This document shows positions 10,662 through 20,007 of a stretch of 64,000 nt of DNA, piece by piece (position 1 is the first letter of the stretch; every line of letters starts with the position of its first letter). A program made the position numbers and the translations under genes. Where the stretch lies: positions 497,052-561,051 of the forward strand of contig NW_013657667.1 of NCBI RefSeq assembly GCF_000142905.1. The letters are read 5' to 3'. This stretch comes from Thecamonas trahens ATCC 50062. Its lineage: Eukaryota > Protista > Apusomonadida. A model generated the notes under the pieces. That model was not told where the DNA came from. It did not search any database and saw only the letters and a program-made list of their open reading frames with translations.

Positions 10662-11744
10662 ATGGCAATTGTGTCGCCGATAGAGGCGCTTCCAACTGAA
10701 CTCCTATGGAGCATTGCGTTTGATGCTCGAGTCCTGGCGCCGTGCGAGGTGCTGGCGCTCTCGTTGAGCTCGAGGCGGATGTGGGCGCGGCTGTTGGGCG
10801 ACGACGGCGGCAAGATGCGGACCCGGGCGCTGATGGGCGGTGCGTGGTGCACCGAGCGGCAGATGTGGCGAGCGGCGCGGCATGCAGTGGCGGCTTGCGG
10901 CGATGCAATTCCGCTGTATGCGGGCTGGGAAGCTGGCGAGTGCGCGGCCGAGTATGAGTTTGAGGAGATTGATCCGTGCTCGAACCTGATATGGCACGTG
11001 CTCGGAGAGATGTTCTCGATGCCTGGCCCAGGATCGGCTGGCGATGACCGGAACGAATGGCTAGCGCTGATGCGGGAGCTGGTCAAAGTGCCGGGCTTTG
11101 TGCGGGCGGAGAGCTCGCACTTTGACGAGGACTGCTCGATGATGTTCTGGCGGCATCCGCTCGATTACCTGGCGGCGCTAGGAGATGTCGACGCCGTCGA
11201 GCTAGCTCTTGCGCATTCCGAGACTGATGTGCATGCACACGACCATTCCGCAGTCCGGATTGCGTGCTTGTATGGCCACGTTGACGTGGCTCACCGTCTC
11301 CTGGAGGCGGTGCCGACTGGGCCGTGTTTTGACGGCGGACGGGTGCTCGCCACAGTGGCGACGCAGGCGAGCTGCGAGCTTGCCGCCGCACTTCTACGCG
11401 CTGGTACAGCGAGTGCTTCTGATCTTGCGACCGCGGTGGAGATGGCGGCGAGTGGGGGGAATGTCGCGGTGCTGGCGCTGTTGCTCGACCGCGACGATGT
11501 GGCCATCTCGGATGATGGTGGAAGTGCGCTGGCACGCGCAGCCCGTAATGGCATGCTTGCAGCTGTGCAAATGCTCCTCGCCCACGCCCACGGCGCGCAC
11601 ATCTCCGACCTAGCCCTCGGCGAGGCCGTCGCCTCCCGACGGACGGCTGTTGTCGCCGCGCTCCTCGCCGACGGTCGGATCTCAGTCTCGCCATCTATGG
11701 CCAGCACTCTTGCGGAGGTCTCTCCAGACACGATGCTCGCCTGA
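10662..11744 (+). CDS. Ankyrin-repeat protein with an N-terminal F-box-like motif
   Basis: IEALPTELLWSIA (F-box-like start); ankyrin repeats AVRIACLYGHVDVAHRLL, AASGGNVAVLALLL and AARNGMLAAVQMLL. Confidence 0.72.
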   Translation: MAIVSPIEALPTELLWSIAFDARVLAPCEVLALSLSSRRMWARLLGDDGGKMRTRALMGGAWCTERQMWRAARHAVAACGDAIPLYAGWEAGECAAEYEFEEIDPCSNLIWHVLGEMFSMPGPGSAGDDRNEWLALMRELVKVPGFVRAESSHFDEDCSMMFWRHPLDYLAALGDVDAVELALAHSETDVHAHDHSAVRIACLYGHVDVAHRLLEAVPTGPCFDGGRVLATVATQASCELAAALLRAGTASASDLATAVEMAASGGNVAVLALLLDRDDVAISDDGGSALARAARNGMLAAVQMLLAHAHGAHISDLALGEAVASRRTAVVAALLADGRISVSPSMASTLAEVSPDTMLA

Positions 11745-11923
11745 TCCAACCATGATGCCAAGGCATCGTGGCGCATTGAAGAGGATAGAGAGCACTACGG
11801 CGCGAGCGAGCGGACGAGGAACCCAAACGATTGTTCGTTGCCAGGCAATGAATGGCCAATGGGCCCGCTTCTCTTCACACCGCACCTCCAGCCACAGCAC
11901 TTGACGCAAGCAGAGCAGGAGTC

Positions 11924-12721
11924 ATGCGCAAGACAGCAGGCATAGGAAGTCCGCTGCTGCCGTCATTGCTTGCGCCGACACCGCGGCGGCTCGGACGGCA
12001 GACGTCGACGCCTCCGCGAGGCGCTACGTGCAACCACTGCGTGGGGCTTGGGTGGGTGGCATCGGCAAGCGGGGCCGGGGCTCGAAGTGGTCGCGGACGT
12101 GGACGTGGGCGCGGGCGTGGTGGCCGCTGGGTCCGTACTTCCCACGAGAGTGGCCGTGGCCGTGGTCGCGGTCGGGGCCGCCGTCGGGGCGGTCGCTGGG
12201 TGTGGCGGACAGTCTACCGCGAGCGGCGGCCGTTCACCGTCAACTACACCGGCTCGCGGCTGGAGGACAACCGCTACGTTTCGGTCTTTGACGAACACAT
12301 GGTCTCGCACTACCACAAGCCGCGCGTTCGCGACTTTTTTGTTCGCAACGCCCTCGTTGATGAGACCTTTGCCGAGCTCGGCGGCGTCTACCGCAAGGCG
12401 CTGAGCTCGGCGTCGGCCACCGCGACGGCGACAGCCGGCACTACGCGGTTGCACCAGACCGCTCGCGAGAGCGAGAGCCATAGTCATAGCCAGAGCCACG
12501 CACCGCGTCCGCCGTCAGCGCCGCGCGACTCAGCGTCGGCCGCATCGCGCGGCCGCGCCTCACGTCCGCGCACACGCACACGCACACGCCCGGGATCGGC
12601 CTCGATCACCCCGCTGGTTCTTTCGCCTGAGGAGCGGGCACTCACCGGTGATCAAGTCAAGCTCTTGCTCTCCGAGGAGGAGTATACCCGCATCCGGACG
12701 GTGATGCGTAACTTTGGATAG
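11924..12721 (+). CDS. Hypothetical basic RG-rich protein
   Basis: Open 265-codon frame with RGRGRG tracts and a short conserved-looking block YVSVFDEHMVSHYHKPRVRDFF. Confidence 0.5.
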   Translation: MRKTAGIGSPLLPSLLAPTPRRLGRQTSTPPRGATCNHCVGLGWVASASGAGARSGRGRGRGRGRGGRWVRTSHESGRGRGRGRGRRRGGRWVWRTVYRERRPFTVNYTGSRLEDNRYVSVFDEHMVSHYHKPRVRDFFVRNALVDETFAELGGVYRKALSSASATATATAGTTRLHQTARESESHSHSQSHAPRPPSAPRDSASAASRGRASRPRTRTRTRPGSASITPLVLSPEERALTGDQVKLLLSEEEYTRIRTVMRNFG

Positions 12722-12844
12722 AGACGGCGAGGCGGAGCAGTCAGGGTTGTCGGCAATGAACAAGCGCATGCCTCCATCGCCATGGCTAGTGAAAGGAAGG
12801 CATCGATGGGATGAGCAAAGCCTTCATGGCAGGAAAGTGAGTCG

Positions 12845-14719
12845 ATGAATCAAGTCGATCCGTTGGTTGGCTCTGATCGACTGGTGATGGGTGTACGGCG
12901 GAGGATCGAACAAATGGGAGGAGAATGGAAGGTTGGCAAACCCGAACGACAGAAGAGCCAGCAATGCATGAACTGGACGAAAGAGAGCCACACTCAACCA
13001 CTTCCCATCCTTCCAAAAGCCACTCTTTTGCGCCCTTTGCCAACTTCCACACCGGTGCCTCCACCTGCGCCGCCTTCCCCGTCACGTATTACACCTAGTA
13101 CACACACTTCTTTGTCACCGCAGGAACTACCTGTGGTCTCTGACGACCTTGGTCCTCTTTCTCCTTCGCTCTCGCTCTCGTCCCATCCCGAGCCTGCCCA
13201 AGCCCTCCCCGCGCTTTTCGATCCGATCCGAGCGTCTTTTTCTGGACTCTTCGAAGCTTCCTCTCCCGCGCCTCTGAACTCTGCACGTACTGCTGCTGCT
13301 GCGAGTGGACCTGCTGGTGGTGTTCCGACCTCGACTTTGATCTCGGACTCGACGTTGGCTACCGCATCTGCATCGACGACAAGCACTTCTTCTCGTCCTT
13401 GTAATGCCGATCAGCACCCTACCGTTTGCCCCTGCTGCACGCCTCTCCCGCAGCCTACACAAGACATGGCACTGTCCTCGCCGCGAGTGACTTTTTCGGC
13501 TTCCCAGCCGCTCCTCTCGTCGTTTTCGGCGATGCCTTTGACAACGACCACGACGACGACGACGATGACGATGCCTGCTTCCTCTTCTTCTTCCGCGGCA
13601 GCCGGCGCCGGCGCCGGCGCCGGCGCCGCTCCGCCCGCCGGTGACCACATTCCGGTCCCACCCGGCGCCGCTTACGACCGCACCGCCGCCCATCAGAAGG
13701 GCGTGCAGCACTTTGTGCAGCGGACGTACGAGATGGTCTCGGTCTCCTCCACGGACTATTGCATCCAGTGGACAGCGTCTGGCACCTCGTTTGTCCTCAC
13801 AGATTACGAGACTGTCGGCGTCGCCGAGCTGGCCAACTTTTTCTCTCACTCGAACATCAAGTCGTTCATCCGCCAGCTCAACATGTACGGTTTCCGCAAG
13901 ATCGGCGAGCCGAACCACTGGGAGTACACCCATCCGTACTTTCTCCGCGGCCGTGTTGAGCTTCTCCGCTACATCCGCCGCAAGCCGCGCCGCCGTGGCG
14001 GCAAGGCCAAGGCTGCTGCTTCCGCCGCTGCTGCTTCCGCCGCCGCCGCGCCACCGGCGAGCCTCGACGCCAACTCGCCGGCCGCGCCGGCCGTCGTCTC
14101 GGGCCTCCGCGCTGAGGTCGCCTCGCTCACCAACGAGTGCGCCGCGCACCAGGCCCAAATCGAGTCGCTCACCTCGAAGCTCAACTCGCAGGCAGCGCAG
14201 GTGGAGACGCTGCTTGCCGAGAACGCGCGGTTGCGGGCTTCGTGCGCGTCGGTCGGCTCGGTCCAGTCGCTCCTGCAGGAGCAGGTCTCGGAAATTGTGG
14301 CCATGGTCACGGCGGCAGCACCGCTCTCGCGCAAGCGCAAGGCCGACGACGACCTCGAGGCGATGCTGGACCAGCAGCTCGCGTCGGCCCTCGGCATCGG
14401 AGCTCTGGTGACGCCACTCTCGCTGGCGCCGATGCCCGAGCCGTCGCCGTCGGCGGCGTCAGGCGCAGCGCCGAGCACCAAGGCCTTCCCCTCGGTCACG
14501 CTCGGAAACGAGTCCGCTGGCGCCCGCCCGCGCAAGCGGCAGCGCCCGATCTCGGTCTCGGTGCCGCGGCGGGCCCGCGGCGCTCCGGCGCCCGGCCCAC
14601 CGCCGTCGCTCACGCCGTCGCCGCCGGCCGCTCCGCTCTCGGCGGCGTCGACTCACCTGTTCAGCTTCCCGCCGCTCGACGCGCTCTCGCCCCTCGCCGC
14701 CGTCGCGCTCCTCTCATAG
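12845..14719 (+). CDS. Heat shock factor-type transcription factor (true start may be ATG 13466)
   Basis: HSF DNA-binding domain FVQRTYEMV..IQWTASGTSF..FSHSNIKSFIRQLNMYGFRK..WEYTHPYFLRG, followed by a heptad coiled coil. Confidence 0.9.
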   Translation: MNQVDPLVGSDRLVMGVRRRIEQMGGEWKVGKPERQKSQQCMNWTKESHTQPLPILPKATLLRPLPTSTPVPPPAPPSPSRITPSTHTSLSPQELPVVSDDLGPLSPSLSLSSHPEPAQALPALFDPIRASFSGLFEASSPAPLNSARTAAAASGPAGGVPTSTLISDSTLATASASTTSTSSRPCNADQHPTVCPCCTPLPQPTQDMALSSPRVTFSASQPLLSSFSAMPLTTTTTTTTMTMPASSSSSAAAGAGAGAGAAPPAGDHIPVPPGAAYDRTAAHQKGVQHFVQRTYEMVSVSSTDYCIQWTASGTSFVLTDYETVGVAELANFFSHSNIKSFIRQLNMYGFRKIGEPNHWEYTHPYFLRGRVELLRYIRRKPRRRGGKAKAAASAAAASAAAAPPASLDANSPAAPAVVSGLRAEVASLTNECAAHQAQIESLTSKLNSQAAQVETLLAENARLRASCASVGSVQSLLQEQVSEIVAMVTAAAPLSRKRKADDDLEAMLDQQLASALGIGALVTPLSLAPMPEPSPSAASGAAPSTKAFPSVTLGNESAGARPRKRQRPISVSVPRRARGAPAPGPPPSLTPSPPAAPLSAASTHLFSFPPLDALSPLAAVALLS

Positions 14720-14771
14720 GCGAGCGGCCTTTTTTTTTTCGCAACTACATCACATCAAAAAAGCCTTCTCT

Positions 14772-16609
14772 TCACGCAAACTTGTACTCGAGCACCCGGT
14801 CGCCCTGCTCGGCATACTCTTCGGGAGTGATGCATAGGCGAATAAAGGTGTCGGTCGAGGCTAGGAGCGCGCCGCCGCGCCAGGCGGCCTCTCGCGGCTG
14901 CGGGAGAGCGGCAACCCTCACTCGCGGGACCGCGTACGCCGCCGACAGCTCGGCTTGCAGGCGATCGACAAAGCCCGGGAGCACACCGCCGGTCACCACG
15001 ACGTTGCCCAGCAGGGCGCGGATGAGGTCATCGTCGAGATGGGCAAGCGCCTTGCTCACGGCTGTGAGCAGTGGCGGCGTGTCCTTGCCGGCGAGATAAG
15101 GGTCCAGCAGCAGCTCGCCCGCGGTGACCAGCTCCGTGTCGAGGGCAAACGTTGTCCCGTCGGGCGCAGTGAGCTCCGTCAGCGGGGCCGCGGTCGCGCC
15201 GTCGGCCACAGACCCGCTGCACGCAACATGCACGCCGGCGCTGAGCGCAGACTCAAGGAACGCCGGCGAGGAGGGGAAGGTCGGCCCGTGGCGCTGGCGG
15301 CCGAGCCGAGCCAGAAGCTCCTGGACGTCAAGCCCGCCGACTTGGACGTCTCCATGTTGTAGCGGAGGACCGAGTCCTCGTAGATCGGCGCAACCACAGT
15401 CTGCGAGCCACCGACGTCGACGACGAGGCCGGTCGAGGCGCCACGCGCCAGCATGGCGAGCTTGGATGCGTACGCCAGGTGCACGCCGGGCGCGCCAAAC
15501 GCCTCGAACAGCGTCTCAACCATGCGCGCCCGATCGGCCCGCGAGTTGAGCGGCGGCTCGGTCATGAGGACTGGCATGCCGTCGAGAAGGCTCGGCGAGC
15601 GCAGCTCTTTTTCGATCACATACTCCCATAGCAGCTCCATGTCGTCCCATGACGCCACGCGCCCGCCCTGGATCGGGTGGCTGAGGTGCGCCACCGCCCG
15701 CTTGCTTGCCGCCGACGCGCCGATGTACGCGTTGCCGAGGTCAAAGCCACTCCCGCCAGGAGAGAGCGAGCTCGCCCGGCGCGCCCGACCGACAATCGAT
15801 GGCACCACCGCCTGCGGCGCAGGCTCGCCGCCAAATCCGGCCTTAATGGTCACCGATCCGTTGTCGATCACAGCCGTCCGCTCAAACACCTCGTACTCGG
15901 CATACCGGCGGACGGCGGGCGCCGAAGGACCGACTGCCGCGCCGCGCGCGCTCCACCCGTCGACGTCGGCGGCCGCAGCTATCTGCTCGGGTACCGGCGT
16001 CCTGGCAGGCGCCTTGCGCGCGGCCGCGAGGGCCTGAGCCGCAGGCGTCACGGCACTGCTCGAACCCGCGAGTGCCGGCGCCTGCACCGGCACTCCCGCA
16101 CGCAGCTGCTGGACAGGCACTCTGGCGGCAGCCGAAAGCGACGGAGCGCGCAGCCGCGGCACAGGCGCCTTTGCACTCGTCGCCACCTCGGGGGCAGCCT
16201 TTGCCAACGGCACAGCCTTGGCCTTTGCCGCCGCAGTCGCCGCGATCGCCGCACTAGGTGCTGCCGCCTCCAGCGAGACAACCGGCGACGAAGCCGGCGC
16301 GCTCGGGTGCGACGGCAGCGTCCGCATCCGTGAGTATCCGTCGATGCAGACAAAGTGCGGCGGCGGCGGCGCAGGCGACCACGACCACGGCACCGGCGCA
16401 GCCGCAAGCGCCTTGGGTGACGGGCGGGTGTATCCGAGCGTCGATGCCAGAATGTGCGGCGGCATCGCCATCGGCATCGGCGGCGGTGGCGGCATCATGC
16501 CCATGCCAGCCATAGTCGTCATCATCGGGTTTTGCGGTGGCATCATCGGCAGCGGGGCGGCGTAAACCGTGACCTGGCACATCTCGTGCATCTCCACTAT
16601 CCATCGCAT
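14772..16609 (-). CDS. Divergent actin-like protein with a long N-terminal extension (frameshift near 15340)
   Basis: VIDNGSVTIKAGFGGE, PSIVGR, WDDMELLW, LMTEPPLN, GLVVDVG. The downstream frame carries NVVVTGG, AWRGGALLAS and ITPEEYAEQG. Start codon uncertain. Confidence 0.85.
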
Positions 16610-17290
16610 CCAACCCCCAGATTTGGGTACATCACTCTGCTACAGTGAGTCATCCCCCCCCCCCCCCCCTTGTGCTCATCCCACAAATCATTCATGCCAA
16701 AAAAGCACATTGCCCACAGGTGCATGCGTACGGTGGACGGGAATGCGACGACGGGACTGGGCCACCAGAATGGAGCCGCCAGACGGAAGCGTCAGCCAGA
16801 ACGTCCTGTGCTGCATGGTTGACAACGTGATGCTACCGCTGGTGTGTGTGCGGTAGGTGTGTGTGTGTGTGTGCGTGTGGGTGGGTGAAGGAAGTAGGTG
16901 CGCAGACGTGCCACGTAGAGCAGGAAGGTGCTTGCTCTCCTCGGTGGCCGTCAGTCGGCTGAAGTGGGGTGGAGCCGACTGACCGTTTTGAGGCGACTCC
17001 TCGTTGTTGCCCACCCGCACAGCTCGCCGCAATCCATCGCGCCGACACTCGCACGCAACGAGATCGCATGCCGGCATTCTCGTGTCTACGACTTCCGATC
17101 ATAGCCATGGATGGAGGAGTCTGGTACTTGCTACTCGGTGCGGCAAAGCTGGACTTTATGCTTGGCAGTGATCGCCGCTACATGAAGCAGCGGCAGGCAC
17201 AGCACAGGCAAGAGGAACACGAAAATTGGCTTTGCCCATGCATCACCAAGCCAGGCGGCTTCGATGTGATGCACATGTACTCTCGAGCGC

Positions 17291-17949
17291 TTACATGCAC
17301 TCAACGTTCGCGACAGCCATAAAGTGGTAGACGCAGCTCGACAGCGATCCGAAGACAATCTTCGGCACCGGCGCCGCCTTGTTGCAGTACACGTCGATGA
17401 CAACACGGTTATCTCCGTTGCACACCGTCGAGGGTGCGCCGCCGCCCAGATGGATGGTGTAGTGCCCGCTGTGTGCCGTCACGTTGCGCATCGACGACTG
17501 TCCGAGCAACTTTCGTCCCGCGGACCACGACTGGCACGCGCCGACGTTGTCGCCCCCGCATGGCGTCCTCGCTGCGTTGCCGCACGGCGAGAGTTGGTAC
17601 GTGAAGCTTCCGTCCACAACCGTATAGCTGTAAAGGTGTGAGACCACGCGCACGTTTGAGGGCAATAATATCATGAGAAAATGGTGGCAGGCTCGGCCTC
17701 ATCCACTCCGTTGGTCGTCTACTTTGTTGTTGGAAGCTCGGCGTGGTGGCGGAGCTCCGAGGCCACACCGAGAACTCTGCCCTATTACATGACCAGCATG
17801 TGCGAGTATCTCGCACATCACATCGCTCCCACACAAGTCACGTACGTATCAGAGAGGACAGCGAGCTCACTGGGGCACTCGGTAGCAAGTGCGCTTCCCA
17901 CAAGAAGGGCGAGCGCAAGTGCAGCCATCTTCATCACAATGGTCGTCAT
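17291..17949 (-). CDS. Secreted single MRH (mannose-6-phosphate receptor homology)-like domain protein; exons ~17949-17846 and 17627-17291
   Basis: Signal peptide, GTACGT...CAG intron, YQLSPCG..ACQ..LG..C..VIDVYC..CVYHF. Paralog of the gene at 35444-36797 but without a TM. Confidence 0.7.
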
Positions 17950-18307
17950 CTGAGACGATGTCAATGGGACGAGATGAGTGGCAGTAGACCCTGCACCGAT
18001 CAACGTGCCGAACAAAGCTCATCTTGCCAAACCACACCGCTAGCTCTAGCATCATCTGCATTTTATCGCACAAGCGAGCCTCTTTTAGCTGCTTCTGGGT
18101 TGATCTCCCTTCTGAGCTCCCTTCATCCGCCCCCGCCCCCTCCCCCCCCCCCCCCTTCCTTCCAACCGACCATCAAAATGTGGCCTCTGCTCACACTGCG
18201 GCCAATTAATTCGTCTCAAACCTCAAAGTGAATGATGGAAGGCAAAGGCGCCATGACAGAGCCGCGAGCGGTGTGGGGAGCGGGAGGCGGCCACATTCCT
18301 CGCAGAC

Positions 18308-19360
18308 ATGGTACGCGACGGTAACCCCACCCACTCGCCCCCGCACCCGACACGTGTTGTAACCCTTTTGTTAGGCAACGCCCCATCCACTTTCCTTCCC
18401 CCGTACACCCTCCTTCATCCCCGTGTAGCCATGGCTATGTCGGTGTTCCTGACCGAGGCTGTCGCGTGACACGATAGCCAATGGCGACTAACGTTACCCC
18501 GCCACCCGGCCACCCCACCCCACCCCCCGTCCACCCTGCCACACCCTCCTGCCACACCGTAACCACACACACTCACGCATCCTCTCACACTCACTCTTCC
18601 CGACATGGTTAGGCGGACTCTGAGGTGAATGAGCATCTGTTCAAGGTGCTCGTCGTAGGTACGCCCCCCCCCCCCTCTTCCCCCCCCCCCCCCCCCGCCC
18701 ACCCCCACCTTCCTTCCTCCTTGCAACTCACACCCCCTCCCTCCCCGTCCCCTTCCCCCTTCTGCAGGCGACGCATCTGTGGGTAAGACCTCAATCATCA
18801 AGCGGTTTGTGCATGGCATCTTCTCGTCCAACTACAAGGCGACTATCGGTGTTGACTTTGCCCTCAAGGTGGTACAGTGGGACGACAACACGGTGGTCCG
18901 GCTCCAGCTGTGGGACATTGCTGGCCAGGAGCGGTACGGCAACATGACCCGGGTCTACTTCCGCGAGTCGGTCGGTGGCTTTGTCGTCTTTGATGTCACC
19001 GCCCGCAAGTCGTTCGAGGCCGTCGAGCGCTGGCTCTCGGACCTCGTCGAGAAGGTCCGCCTCCCCTCGGGCGAGCCCATTCCTATCGTCCTCCTTGCCA
19101 ACAAGGTCGATCTGCTCGACGACGAGGGCGAGGCCTTTATGAAGGACGAGGAGCTCGCCGAGCTTGTCGGCCGCTTCGGCATCACCGCCGTCTTTGCCAC
19201 TTCGGCCAAGCAGGACATCGGCATCAACGAGGCCTCTTCCGCCCTCATCGAGGCCATCCTTGAGAACGAGCGCGCCGGCCAGATGGCCACCGCCAAGGAG
19301 GAGGAGGCCGTCACTGTCAGCGGCAACGATCCCGCCCCTGCCAAGAAGGGCTGCTGCTGA
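18308..19360 (+). CDS. RAB32: Rab32/38-family small GTPase; exons 18308-18310, 18613-18658 and 18768-19360
   Basis: EHLFKVLVVGDASVGKT, YKATIGVDFALK, the diagnostic WDIAGQE, NKVD, TSAK and a C-terminal CC. Two GTACGC-AG introns; the first exon is inferred. Confidence 0.9.
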
Positions 19361-19509
19361 ACGTGGAAGCTCCCACCCGCTCCCGCCTCTCTTCCTGACC
19401 AAACCGTAAACCCCCAAAGCCCTGACCTATCCCATACTCCTCCCACCCCCACCCCCTCTCACACACCCCGCGTTCCTTCCACCCATACCCACTCCTCCCA
19501 CGCCGCACT

Positions 19510-20007
19510 ATGGACTCGACCTCGTCCGACGGCCTCCTCTGTACCACCTCGTCCTCGTCCGACAACGAGACCGGGCCGGCATGGCTCCCCGCAGACGGCG
19601 CGCTCCACGTTGACGCCGACGACGATCTGCTCTGGCTAGACGTACCGGCAGACGAACTGGCGGCCATGCAGACCGATGCGGCGTCGGACAGCAATTGGGC
19701 GAGAGACGGCGGGGCCGATGAGACGAGAGCGGCGGCGGCGGCACGAATGGCGGCGGCGACGGCAGCAGAAGAGGCGGCCAAGGAGGATTTATTGGCGGCC
19801 AAGGAGGCGTTGCTCGACATGCAGGCAAAGATGAAGCTGCTCTACGATCGCAACCTTGTTATCGCCACCAATCTCTCGGTCCTGTTCAACACCGCGAGAG
19901 AGGAAATCGACCGCAAGGACGCCCGTATCGCCGAGCTGCAGGCCGAGCTCGATGCCGTTCGCGTCGCACAGGAGGCCGCTACGGCGCCACCCCGTAGTAC
20001 GAGTTAA
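19510..20007 (+). CDS. Small coiled-coil protein resembling the CASP8AP2/FLASH N-terminal domain
   Basis: NLSVLFNTAREEIDRKDARIAEL resembles FLASH [20 protein letters not shown] (recalled sequence). Confidence 0.65.
   Translation: MDSTSSDGLLCTTSSSSDNETGPAWLPADGALHVDADDDLLWLDVPADELAAMQTDAASDSNWARDGGADETRAAAAARMAAATAAEEAAKEDLLAAKEALLDMQAKMKLLYDRNLVIATNLSVLFNTAREEIDRKDARIAELQAELDAVRVAQEAATAPPRSTS

Noticed and set aside
16843-16880. (GT)n tract as a functional element
   Set aside because: An ordinary intergenic microsatellite.
18605-18612. ATG followed by GTTAG as a 5-nt intron in the Rab gene
   Set aside because: Too short for spliceosomal splicing; the upstream ATG|GTACGC donor explains the frame.
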